DNA of 64,000 nucleotides from Enoplolaimus lenunculus (Eukaryota): NCBI GenBank assembly GCA_030248215.1, contig JASANG010003092.1, positions 186,001 to 250,000 of the forward strand, read 5' to 3'. Shown piece by piece: positions 1 to 12,196 of this stretch (position 1 is its first letter; each line of letters starts with the position of its first letter). The notes under the pieces were generated by a model. It saw only the letters and a program-made list of their open reading frames with translations, ran no database searches and was not told where the DNA came from. The position numbers and the translations under genes were made by a program.

Positions 1-2674
1 GTGTGAAAGTGCCAGCATTAATGATGACAGTCGAAGTGCATACACCAATACGTGACAAGCGATCAACGAGTGCAACAGAAACTGAGGGAACTTCTGAAGG
101 ACCTGGGACAGTTGTATCACGCGAAGGGCTGCCTGCGTTTGATATTGAAGCATGGAAGGCGTTACATTCAAATGCCTTATCGATGGGGGATACAAACGCT
201 GCAACTGATGCCGGACCGTGCGAACTGACTAAAGTCATTGTAGATTTCAAAAGTAATGGCTCTTGTACAGTTTTCTCGTCTAAATTTACACTTAGGTTTA
301 GGACTAGGATAACATATACTTAAGCCTATGCCTTAGACATTGCCTGACCTAAGCTTAAGTCTAAGCTTAGGCCTCCTACACTTTAACTATTAATCCAAAT
401 TATGTAAACTAGACTGAAACTTATGTCTGAATTCGTTAAGTTTGAAATTTTTAAGTTTTCTTTTCAAACAACCGAAAATTACAATTTTGCTGTCATCAGC
501 GTAGCGCTGTTGACTATCGCAAATGTAATTATAAAATCCTAACAGGTATATAGCTGGTTTTTGTATTGTACCTATATCCGCATCTGTGGATCCTACTTCG
601 GGCAATCCAGCACCGGGCTATTTCGGTTGCCCTCAGCCCGTGTTTGCCCAAAAGTGGTCCGATTTTGAAAATTTTTGCATATTTGAGCTTGTCATGGCCT
701 CTCCTGTTCGTTCCATGGCCAAATTTGAATTTTTGAAAAATTCGTTTTTTAAGGTCCCAAGGTTCCCCTTGTGACCAAAAAAAATTTTTTTATCCAAAAC
801 TTTAGCAAGTTATATTCATTTGATGCAGCTTGCACAGCTGAGTCCAATGGAGTTAAATTTTTTGCAATCAAAAGATTATTTAACGAGTTATTGTCAGCAA
901 GCTACATCAAATGGTGCATAATTTATTAAAATTTAGGACCAAATTTTTTTGGGTCTCAAGAAGGAACCTTGGGACCTTTAAAATCGAATTTTCAAAAATT
1001 CAAGTTTGGCCATGAAATGATCAGGGGAGGCCATGAGAAGCTCAAATATGAAAAAAATTTTCTAAATCCGACCATTTCTGGGCAAGCGAGGGCTGAGGGG
1101 ATAACCGAAAACATCCACACACCTGCTGCTCTTAAGAGGCCTCGCTCTCAATGGGTGAACGATAGTTTAATATTTTTGTTAAAATTTAATGATTGTCGTT
1201 CGAAATTCAATACGAGCTGTAAAGTTTTGTTTGAAAATTCATTTGGAGAACTTGCGCTGCAACTTATTCATGCGAAAGGAATTAATCCATATGTATGAGC
1301 GTCAGTTGTGATTATTGTTTGGATTGAAAATGTATACGTTATGTTTGGTATTTATTGCACTCGTGTGCAAATTATTCATATAGTTTCATGTCAAGATTCA
1401 AAATGAAAAAGATATTTCTTTGCAAGCACATGCAGCTGCAAGTTAATCGTGCCAATTGCAGCTGCGACTTCTCGCTGCATAAACTTGCACGTGTGAATAT
1501 GGCAAGTTGTTTGTATGCAGAACATATTTTGAAGAATCGGGCTGAGCCTACACATCAATATTTTCAACGTTCTTTTTTAATCTATATATAATGCAGAATG
1601 AGTATATATACTCAACTGTAGAATTTGGATTAGCAGAAAACGTCGTGATTGGAGTTTTGTAGCCGAAATATGTTTTTACAGAATTGGGATGGAACTGGAT
1701 CATTCAACCGAAGGCTGTTCAAAGCGGAATATGCGCTGGAAGTTGTACTCCTAAGCGCCAAGCGCATGCGGTCGGAAATATTAGTGTGGTTAGTATTCCA
1801 TGCCTGCACTGACACCAGAGTACAACTTTAGGTCTGCATTGCGTCAGGCTTCGATAAAAATCGACCCTGCGTTTCAGCTCTGGCTCCAGCAAATTTCATC
1901 GACCTTGTGCTCCGGTATTGTTCAGCTTCAATTGCACGCTGATTCACACTATGCACAACTTTATCAGCCGCTTTCAAGTTATTATAAGTTGGCTGAAAAT
2001 CTTAACATTATAAACAAAAACCGAAATTTTGTGCAAAGAACTGTGTATGAGACTAGAACGTAAATTTAAGCTTAAATTGTTAAAACTATTGAGTTAAATC
2101 ACGTAAAAATGGTAAGTACATTGTTTAAAAGTACACTCAAAACATTTTCAATTAGTGGGGGGCAGGGAGAAATATTAATGGGCACAATAAACTGTTTTGC
2201 AGAAATTGGTATTTCTTTTATTGAAAAGCTGAAACCACACTGCATAAAATGGTGAGTCAAATTGACTCTCTTCGAAATAGGATCTAAGGGACTACACAAA
2301 ATGTGTCACATTCGACTCCGCCAGAGTTAAACGTGCGACTCAGTGAGTCGAATTTGAGTCTGGCAGAGTTAAATTTAACTCAGTTTGTGGGGCCCGTTAT
2401 AGCCTATTTCGGACAGTCAATTTGACTCACCATTTTTTGCCGTACTAGGGCAACGAAAATTTTCGCAAGTGATGGGTGGCGCCCTTTTACCTCACGAAGT
2501 TATGATATTATCGGAGGTTCGGTAACATAATCAACAACACCAATAGTATTTTAGGACCGAAACTGTATTGAGACAACATTTGCCGCAGTTCAAATTGTTT
2601 ATCTTGACGACGATGCGAATGTTGTTCGAACGCGGTTGAAAAATTTTGTCGTCACTGGATGTGTTTGCTTGTAA
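1..2674 (+). CDS. TGF-beta superfamily ligand, 3' partial (end of prodomain plus mature cystine-knot domain)
   Basis: Exons: <1-252 (...PIRDKR/STS...GPCELTKVIVDFK, donor A|gtaatg); 1682-1788, or 1770 with the weaker donor (tttttacag|, KLGWNWIIQPKAVQSGICAGSCTPKRQAHA[VGNISV]); 2555-2674 (ttttag|, DRNCIETTFAAVQIVYLDDDANVVRTRLKNFVVTGCVCL*). Has an RxKR furin site, the VDFxxLGW-WIIxP motif, CxGxC and terminal CxCx-stop. Phases 1 and 0 join in frame. Confidence 0.92.
621..1109. mobile_element. Foldback/MITE-like element with long imperfect inverted arms, in TGF-beta intron
   Basis: About 621-790 is the imperfect reverse complement of about 940-1109 (e.g. aaggtcccaaggttcc / ggaaccttgggacctt). Related fragments near 4490-4640 and 52960-53400. 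Confidence 0.7.
2238..2443. mobile_element. MITE with ~45-bp TIRs; second copy at 48055-48222
   Basis: Ends cactgcataaaatggtgagtcaaattgact ... agtcaatttgactcaccattttttgc. The same TIRs occur in the last cathepsin intron. Confidence 0.75.
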
Positions 2675-2700
2675 TTTTGGCAAGCACCGAAATGCAGAGA

Positions 2701-3566
2701 ACCAGTGTTTGGAAAAATTATTACTTTTTATAATACAATTAATGGCTAAAACTATTAATACAACCAGTGTTTGGAAAAATTATTACTTTTTATAATACAA
2801 TTAATGGCTAAAACTATTAATACAACCAGTGTTTGGAAAAATTATTACTTTTTATAATACAATTAATGGCTAAAACTATTAATACAACCAGTGTTTGGAA
2901 AAATTATTACTTTTTATAATACAATTAATGGCTAAAACTATTAATACAACCAGTGTTTGGAAAAATTATTACTTTTTATAATACAATTAATGGCTAAAAC
3001 TATTAATACAACCAGTGTTTGGAAAAATTATTACTTTTTATAATACAATTAATGGCTAAAACTATTAATACAACCAGTGTTTGGAAAAATTATTACTTTT
3101 TATAATACAATTAATGGCTAAAACTATTAATACAACCAGTGTTTGGAAAAATTATTACTTTTTATAATACAATTAATGGCTAAAACTATTAATACAACCA
3201 GTGTTTGGAAAAATTATTACTTTTTATAATACAATTAATGGCTAAAACTATTAATACAACCAGTGTTTGGAAAAATTATTACTTTTTATAATACAATTAA
3301 TGGCTAAAACTATTAATACAACCAGTGTTTGGAAAAATTATTACTTTTTATAATACAATTAATGGCTAAAACTATTAATACAACCAGTGTTTGGAAAAAT
3401 TATTACTTTTTATAATACAATTAATGGCTAAAACTATTAATACAACCAGTGTTTGGAAAAATTATTACTTTTTATAATACAATTAATGGCTAAAACTATT
3501 AATACAACCAGTGTTTGGAAAAATTATTACTTTTTATAATACAATTAATGGCTAAAACTATTAATA
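2701..3566. repeat. 62-bp tandem repeat, 14 copies
   Basis: Unit accagtgtttggaaaaattattactttttataatacaattaatggctaaaactattaataca starts at 2701, 2763, ... 3507. Copies look identical and there are no spacers. Confidence 0.97.
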
Positions 3567-3984
3567 TACTCTGTATGTTTGTGCCGACATCGTCACGCAA
3601 GTTTTGTTTGTGCCGAGCAAAGATCATTAATGTGGACCTAAAATACATTCCTTGAATAGTCCTTTCGGCTAAATTTGAACAAGAATCATATTCAGTATTT
3701 TCGTCGAATTTTAATTAGCAGGAAACCATAAGAAGTGAGCCTCCTGGTTCGGTAGACCCACCACTGTCGGGTTCAGCATAGTTTGTGCCGAAAGTTTCGA
3801 CTACTTCGGCGGTGAAAATTTTCGTATTTTTATGAACACCGTTCTTTCGCTGTGAATTTATTTGTTTTTTGGGACATTCTGGAACGAAGCGTAAAAATTA
3901 ATTTTTGATAACACTTTGCAGTATATAATAATTGCAACTGCAACGATTTTAGTTTTATATCTTATTTCTTATTCTGACTCTCAT

Positions 3985-4162
3985 GTAAAGATTAAAGGCG
4001 GAACATTTTCTGTCGAACTGCAATAGAGTAAGCAAAAGCTTTAGACTAATTTTTGCTTAGGCTTAGGCTTAGACTTAGGCTTAGTCTTAAATGTAAGCTC
4101 TTTCTTACGCTTCGGCTTAGGCTTATGCTTAGTAAAATATGCTTATACTATTGTTCCGCCCC
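3985..4162 (-). mobile_element. Short TIR element carrying degenerate TTAGGC repeats (many copies in window)
   Basis: Shared core atgtatagaacagggccggaacagtagtataagcatattcctaagcctaag...aaaaattagtctaaaa..taagcttactct. Other copies or fragments near 6570-6740, 8800-8945, 9990-10130, 11860-11925, 24171-24932, 43080-43198, 45170-45262, 49380-49540, 52060-52177 and 56880-57040. Confidence 0.75.
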
Positions 4163-4722
4163 TTTTCTATATATACATTGGCCCTTATTCTTGACACATC
4201 ATGACCTTATTTGTAAACGCTTTTTACGGTTTTCATAATATACAATTTAAGAATTGTAATGGAAAATTACTCAGGTCAGTGTCATGCCTGCATGCCATAA
4301 GATTACATTTTGTTGGTTTCGTAGAACGTTTTATTCAGCATAGCTGTACAGTTGATGATGTGCAATAGACTACCCATTATTTCACACAGCTCATTGTGAC
4401 ATATTGGTTTAAACAAGAAATATATGCTAAACAAACTGAAAAAACTAAAACATGTACCAGTTTGTTTTCGGTGTCTTTAAAATTTTATCACTACTCGAAT
4501 TTTAATTTTATCGGACCTAAGAATCGAATTTTTTAAATTTCAAATTTGCCTGTGGATCACGGGACGTATGAGAAGCCGTATAAACAAAAATATGAAATTT
4601 GTTTATTTTTGGGCAAACACGGGCCAGGAGGGGATAACGGAAAAGACCTTGCTCTTGTGATTAAATCTAATAGGATGTATTTTAAAAATTCAAATTGTGC
4701 TTTTAAAATTTAAATTTAGTAT

Positions 4723-6944
4723 TCATTTTTTCTCTTGGCACGTCCACATCATTTGCGCGTCGACATCTTCACGTTGACAACAGTGTTGTCCTAAAGTGCA
4801 ACAGAGCACAATGAACCGAACGAGGCGTTTTTGCAATTATGCTTAAATATTTACTGCACTTTAAGCCATTTAAGTATTTACTTAAACTCACATGCAAGTT
4901 TAAGATAAACTCAAGTTTAAGTTTCAACATGGTATAATTTTGCGTACACGGTTTACAATAACTAAAATATTTTCCATTATGCCACTAAGCTATATTTGAG
5001 ACCTTCTCCTGAATAAGCCATATTTGCTATCTGGGTCAAATTTTTCAGTTACAGAAAGCCACAAAACTTATAAGTTGTTGAAATTTTATTTTAACTTCAT
5101 GACAAAGTAAAATTTAAAACAGTTGATTGTCGAGAAGATCACACCTTTCATTAATGTTTGGTGCAAAGTTTTTCATTGACAAAAGCCAAAAAAATGTGCA
5201 TAATTCAAATATTATTTCCGAAAAAGTAAATTTTATATTTGCGAAACAGTTTCAGTAACAAAAATCGCGGATTTACCAACATTAATTGCACTTCTTCCAT
5301 TGTAAAATTCATTGCACTTAATACTGTAGTAACCCGAATAAGAGGTGGCGACTGATATTTATTTGGCCTCTCCTACTCCCCTGTTATTCGGTTACTGACT
5401 GTTATTTATTATTTAACCCACGCTCCGTCGCCCTTCGTTGCTAATATATATCCGGTACTGCAAGTATCCGTTGAATTAAACGTTTATTTGCCGTGTGTGA
5501 ATTGCTTGAGCGATCATGCAAGGTTATACTTACGAATGTACTGTCAAATCTTAAATACGCTTTAAATTTCGAACTAAAATTATTAGGTCCTGGAGTCATT
5601 TATGCGCTACAATTAGGAATAATTGACATTTATGGACTCTTAGGGTATAAGGACTCTATCCGCTTACGGACTTTTATTTTTGATGCGGACTCCTATTCAT
5701 TTTGACTCAAACCCATCTTATTACCCCACACCTTTTATTCGGGTCACTACAGTACACAGATTGCAATAAGTTGCTCATAATACTCTTTGCAAGTATCTTT
5801 GCAGGAATAGGTTTAATACTAATAGCTTACTTGGAGGGCAAACGCACGGATGATTAACTCGTCGAGTTTCCGCATCGAACGTCAAACAAACCAGCGGATC
5901 TGTGCTTCCACCGTCGGTTGCAGGTCCGCACGGCGGAAACACAATTTCCAAATGATGGTACGTGTCGTGATTGTTGGTATCTTTGCAAAACCGCAACGTA
6001 GCGTTGGATAAATCTTCGATATGCCGAACGCAAACCTCCCCGTCTGTCATTTGAATGCTTCGCTTAAAATGACAATCGGATCGAAAATTGTGCGTTAATT
6101 TGTAGCCATGTTTTTTCGCCCAAGCGTCGTGTTTTGGATTGATCCGACTCGCTTCGTCTTCAAAATTGCTTTCTTCACTCGCTGAGCTGTATGGATCGTA
6201 CTGGGATTCGATGGATTCTTCCGAACTTTCAGCAAGCGGGCTATTCTCAAACTCTTGCGACCAAGATTGATCATCGTTTTGGTCGCCGTTATGGTTGTTG
6301 CTATACAACGGATTACCGAACGAATCAAGATTACTCATCGCTGGACCGTCATCACAATTGATACAGCCTGTAAAACACTAATTTTTGCAAGAAAATTTGT
6401 TCCGTGTCGGAGAACTGCCAACGCCAAAAGCCCCGGCTAGCGTATCCGAGCGCCACCCCCACCGGCTGCGAGATAAGTTTCCTTTGTAAGGCTTGAACAA
6501 GGGAAGCATCAGCTTACTACTTATTCGGTAATAGGAGGCAAATTCGCCCAGGCGCAAAATATATCTCCGGCCAATGTAAAGATCAGATCCCTAACTGTAC
6601 TGTAGGCATATTCCTAAGCCTAAGTCTAACCTTAAGTCTAAGCCCAAGCGTAACAATGAGCTTATACGCTTATACTTAAACCTAAGCAAAAAATTAGTCT
6701 AAAGCTCACGAAAAAACGTTCTACCCCTGATCTATACATATGCCGTCGTATCTAAGGCCTACACGAAACGTATACTAGCATCTTTTGTTAATATTCTTGA
6801 TAAATTTAAAATTTAATGAAGACATCGAATTGTTCTATAAAACAACATATATATCAGAGTTTAGCTTATTACCACTATTGTTAACGTACTTATCAAAATA
6901 AGTCCTGTAACAGCTAAGTAGCCGAACGCCAACAATTTCCTCAT
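4723..6944 (-). CDS. Secreted protein of unknown family, 219 aa: signal peptide, acidic Ser/Glu/Asp region, C-terminal 10-Cys domain
   Basis: Exons 6944-6890 (MRKLLAFGYLAVTGLILI, A|gtacgt), 6367-5831 (ttttacag|, includes the 187-aa ORF, A|gtaagc) and 4790-4723 (actttag|, RQHCCQREDVDAQMMWTCQEKK*). Both introns are phase 1; total 660 nt in frame. Confidence 0.8.
5324..5752. mobile_element. Tc1/mariner-type MITE with TA target duplication
   Basis: TA|ctgtagtaacccgaataaga ... ttttattcgggtcactacag|TA. Related sequence near 7302-7680, 13260-13985 and 27280-27337. Confidence 0.75.
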
Positions 6945-7773
6945 TTTAAAAAATATATAAGTTTTAGTTATATATTACAATCTAAAACAATAATGTTGTG
7001 TAAAAGTTCTTTGTCAGTTTTATGAACCATGCTTTGACTCTTGATCCCGTATGCTGCCGGAGACAGCGCTGACGTTTAATTCTTAATTTTTATTCTTATA
7101 GCGAAATAGCTGAAAAATATTTCGCGGTTACTGCACTATTTAAAAAAATTATGCGACTTTGGTGCGAGCAGCGATTCTTAAAATAACCAAATAAACTGAC
7201 GAAAACGCGCTTTTGCGCAACATAACATTTCAAGACACAAAAGTATCTTCCCCTATAGCATAATTGTCTATCCGCCACTTTTGAGAATAGATTGCAACGT
7301 ACTGTAGTGATCCAAATAAAGAGGGATGTAACAAGGGTGTGGTCCCAATTTTGAGTTTTATTGAATAGTAGTCCGTATCTCTAATAAGAGTCCGTAAGTG
7401 GATAGACTCCTTAAACCCTAATTAGAGTCCACAAAGCTCAATTATGAGTAATTGGAGTGCATAACCGTCTCCAGGACCAAATAAAATTCAAAACTTTAAG
7501 GCATACTAAGTCATGAAGGTACATTCCTGAAGTAAAACCTTGTATTATCGCTCAAATTTTGATTCGAGACAAATAAACGTTTAATCCAACAGATAGTTGC
7601 AATACCGAAAATATCAGTAATGAAGAGTGGCGGAGGGCGGGTTAAAAATAACAGTCCGTAACCAAATAACAGGGGGTGTTGGTATACGTGGTGTAGATGT
7701 GTATGTGCATAGTGTGTAATGTTAAAACACGCATATACATGCACATATAACACTGATGAAAGATATAATACCG

Positions 7774-7842
7774 GCCGCATGATGTAACGGATAGCACACT
7801 TCCCTCGCGAGCGAGAGGTCCGACGATCGATTTCCAGCGTGA
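7774..7842 (+). pseudogene. Degenerate tRNA-like sequence (possible SINE head)
   Basis: A-box-like tgatgtaacgg, variable-loop-like gaggtc and B-box-like gatcgattt at tRNA spacing. The stems pair poorly. Confidence 0.3.
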
Positions 7843-10184
7843 CCATATGTCATGTATATTCCGTGTGTTTCAGAGAAAGGGGTCGTTCCGTCTGTACAGT
7901 TCTGACAGGGGTATCCTTTGTAGATCCGGCTCCGGTAAAATTTTTGCATGAAGTTTTTGCAATTTCGATGACGAAATTTTTTGGTGATGTTATAAACGTT
8001 TAACCTTTTAGCGACGCGATTTGTACTTTTAAAGCAGTTCTGAAAGCTTCCTTTTTGAGACCTTAAACTCAGGGATCGACCGGATATTAATTTTACCGGA
8101 TACCGGAACCGGAGCCCGATAGTGAACTAAAAGTTAAATTAAAGAATAGTTGAAAGTTTTACTTTTATTGCGTAACAATTTCAAATTTAGTTTCAAAAAA
8201 TTCACGCCATTCTTCTGATGAAAAGTTGAACGAGTGCTTCGAGTTCCGTATTAATTGTAGCAAATTTGCAATTGAAGTCATAAAAAAAGCCGATAAAAGT
8301 TATCGCGTTTACGAGTTGTAGTATTTGAACATGAAAAACATTACATTAAAATATTTAAATTGAGTTTTTCAAAACACCACTTTGAACGGCTATTAAACGT
8401 TAAAATGGAAAAATTTAAGCCTTTCAAATTATAGCTGAAAATATAAAATTGGAATTATTTTGACGGCTGAGCCATCTGTCGGTATTTTCCTGGTAGATAT
8501 TAGAGTTAAATATATAAGTTTGGCTTGATATTTAGATATACTTATGTGTATTTAAATCTAGTTTGAAGCTTGAGCAGATAGGTATTTTTGCTAAAATGTC
8601 CCAAATTCTAAGCTGACGCGGGTTGTGAATGTGCAAAATAACATATTTTACAGCAATAAAAAGTGCTTGCTGTAACTTAAATTTTGGTATTTGACCGAAG
8701 TATTACTCAACAATCGAAATGATTGATTAAAATCGTTTAATGGCGTATTTCAAACAAACTGCAAAGCGATAATTTTAACGTCAAATTTTTGTTAGATACT
8801 GGGACCAATGTATAGAACAGAGCCGTTGCAATAGTATAAGCGTAGTCCTAAGCCGAAGACTAAACCTAAACAAAAATAATTAGTCTAAAACTTAAGCTTA
8901 CTCTATTGCAATTCCACAGAAAATCGTTCCAGCCCCGATCTTTAAAGGCCGATGTGTGGTATTTATTTGAATTTTGTTGCGGACAACGGATGCTATAGTT
9001 TCTTGCACACTTTATTCCCAAAGGTTTAATCCTAAGTGCAAGTTCTAGCATAAGCCTATGCCTAAAGCCAAAGCCTAAGACCAAGTTTAGGCCCAAATTT
9101 TTTGCCAAAATTTGAAAACTTCGAAACTGTCGGCGGAAAGATTATAAAAGCCGAAAGCAGTTTCCACGCTACGAGTTGGTTCCCATAGGCTAAGGCTTAG
9201 GTTATGCTGGTGCGATATTTATACAAACACATTTGTTGTTCGAAACTTGCTGTGTATCGTTTAAAAATTTCGCTGTAATAATAAAACGTTGGCAAAATTT
9301 AAGACATATCTGACAATTCTAAATACGTAGCATCCTTGTCGCTAAAACAGACCCTTAATATTTGTTGACGTGTTTGGATTTTGTGCAAAAACAACATTTT
9401 CTGTTGTTGGTATCATGAAATTCTTTTTGCAGCTTAAGAATTTAAAATAATGTTTTTTTTATTTTTTAAGTATAAACCATGTGATCCACAAGTCAGTTTT
9501 GAAAAACAATAATTTAAGGTTATAGCATACATAAAAATCTTTATCAATCGAAGACAACAATTCTTGCTGAAGCATTAGGGGCTGACAGAGTCTTTAAAAC
9601 AGATATTGAACGAATTGGCTCATGTACGCTTTTTGCCTCAAGCTAACGCTTAAGTTTCAAAAACGGTTAACAAGCTCAATCGTAAACGTTTGACTAAGCA
9701 GTACCTAAGCCTGAGCTTGATCCTAAGCTTACGTCTGAACCTTAGCCTAAAAGGTAGCGGATGTTCAAAAAGCAAAACAATTGACAATTCCTCCGTGGCT
9801 CACAAGGCCTATTAAGCAAAAAGTAAGTTAAACGAAAGCTTTTGTTAGAACCTAAGCAGCGTCCACAACTAAAGCCCCTGAGCAATTGATGCTCTTGAAA
9901 AATTTATAAGTCATCCTGTAAATTATACAACAAATTTGGGCATTTCATACAGTTTTCTGAAACCATTTGTGCGACAAGAATAGAGTATAATAAAAGCTTT
10001 AGACTAATTTTTTGCTTGGCTTAGGCTTAGGCTTAGCAATAAACTCATTCGTACGCTTAAACTTGGCTTAGGCTTAGGCTTAGGAATATGCTTATAATAC
10101 TGTTCCGCCCCTGTTTTTAGTACATTGGCCCATTTATATATACTAAACGTTATACACAGTTGAGAATACTGATTCTGATTTAAA

Positions 10185-12156
10185 CTAATTCCGTGAACCT
10201 CCATTTATCCAATGAATATAGTAGATCCAGTAAGCAAGGTTAAAAATTAAAAATAACGGAGGGTAAGCGACAATACAAAATTTATCAATGTTATACGGTG
10301 TACATCGGTCATAAAAATTGTGCCAATTACTTTTCGAGCGACCATGTCGAGAATGCAACAGAGGCTCTAAAAACAATGGTTTTTGACCAGTAGCATGATA
10401 GTAATCATGCATTCCAATAACGCTACGATCTGATTGGGTAAAAAATGGCAAAGACGATGACTCGACATAGCTGTTGTTTCTATTGGTTGCCGTTCCGGAG
10501 TGTCCATTTCGTGACCGGCGCCGTTCAGCGTTTGATGGCGGTCTTCGAAGGACGACGCTTACTTGTGAGCTCGCGTTGTGCTGAATAAACTTGTGCGTTC
10601 GAGGTTCAGCGAGCGCTAAGCAGCCTGTATTCAAATGAGCGATAGTTCGTTGCGTGTGTGAGTGAAAAGGAGGTGTACGGTGCGATTTAAGACGAGTTTG
10701 CGTTGTTTCAAGACCGTTTGGAAGAAATATTCGATGTTGAGCGGCGTCCACATCCTGTGAAAGTGATTCAAATCCTGTAAAATATAAATATTTCAGTTTT
10801 TACTGCGCAAAATTTCAACTACACAAAAAATATACGGCATATTTTTGTCAAAGGTGTAAGTGGATAAAGATTTTTACCCGACCCTAGCGGCGGATATTTC
10901 ATTTTACGCGTGGGTATACCCGCGCAAAATTGTTTGACCCGTGGCTCGGCTTACTGTTTAATTTTATAAAAAGAGTTTAAAATGTTATAGTTTTATAAAT
11001 TCACATGTGTTTGTCAGTTGTTCTTCAATGTTTCGGACGGTTTATCAGCGGTTTAGGTTTTTTGTCTTGCGGGTATACCCACGTCAACAGGTACGCTGGG
11101 TGACCACCTACCAATGGGTAGCGTGTAATTCTGATTTCAATGTCGTACTTGATGCAAACTCTTATACTGTGACACGCCTAATTTCGTCTTTTAAAGCAAA
11201 ACCTTTAACTGAAAAACTCTTGTTGTAAAATGTAATTTCCAACTTCATAGTGCAAATTTAATATTTGCCCTGTTGATGGTGTGGCAAATCTTTAATTGAT
11301 TTCATGAAGGAAAATAGTATATCCTAGAGAATACTTTGACGTTTCCCTTGAGATTATATATACAAAAACTCAAGTACAACTTTTTGGTATAACAATTGAC
11401 TCGAATGGTATTGCTCAGTTAAATCTAACCAGCCATTTTCATTTCATCATTCTCTTCCTTCCAGTGCTGGTAAATATGCTAGATCTAAGGTGTCAGCAAA
11501 GCCTTTTACATTTTCGAAGCTAAAGATGCCGACCCGTAGCCAGCTCACCTTGCTAGGGGGTTGCCCATTTTTGCAGATGGCCATACAAGGTTTTTTGATG
11601 ACTTACAACCAAGGTTGAAAATTTTCCGAGTAGACGGCAAATTCATTTACGGCCGCTGAGATCGCTTTTTCACCTTCTCGCTACGGTCCGGTAAAGATGA
11701 CATATATGGGAGACATACGGTTGAAATGTTCCACCCACAACCAGCGATGTACTGGTAAAGATTGTATTACCTGACCCGTTCTTTATCTACTCAAGCGCAA
11801 AGTTGCTTCACCGGTGCCCGCCTTCACCCACAGTTATGTTTCGGCGTTCAAAAAAGTGGCCATGTATAGAACTGGGCCGGAACAGTAGTACAAGCATATT
11901 CCTAAGCATAAGCCTAAACATGGGCCAAAAAAGTTATTTAAAACTTTCCTAATAAAACAAAATTTAAATAGGATTCTCACCACCTCACGCTTGATGCTTA
12001 CCAATTACGGTTTGTTTGTGCCAAGGATGTTCGTCAGTAGCGTCTTCATACGGCTCCGTTTGATCTTCCGTCGTTGTAAGCATCTGTTCTTCCGTTGATG
12101 CGCCAATGAGCGAACTATGACAACGCGATACTGCGGTATCATTAATGTTGCTATTA

Positions 12157-12196
<40 letters not shown>

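Noticed and set aside
1..228. Open frames on the minus strand behind a tttag acceptor
   Set aside because: Antisense shadow of the TGF-beta exon, which has clear family motifs on the plus strand.
1800..2063. 87-aa ORF or extra TGF-beta exon
   Set aside because: No helix-like family similarity, and its best donor (gtattg) gives a phase incompatible with the 2555 acceptor. It is not fully excluded without transcripts.
2701..3566. CRISPR-like array
   Set aside because: Head-to-tail identical units with no unique spacers, no cas genes, and a eukaryotic context.
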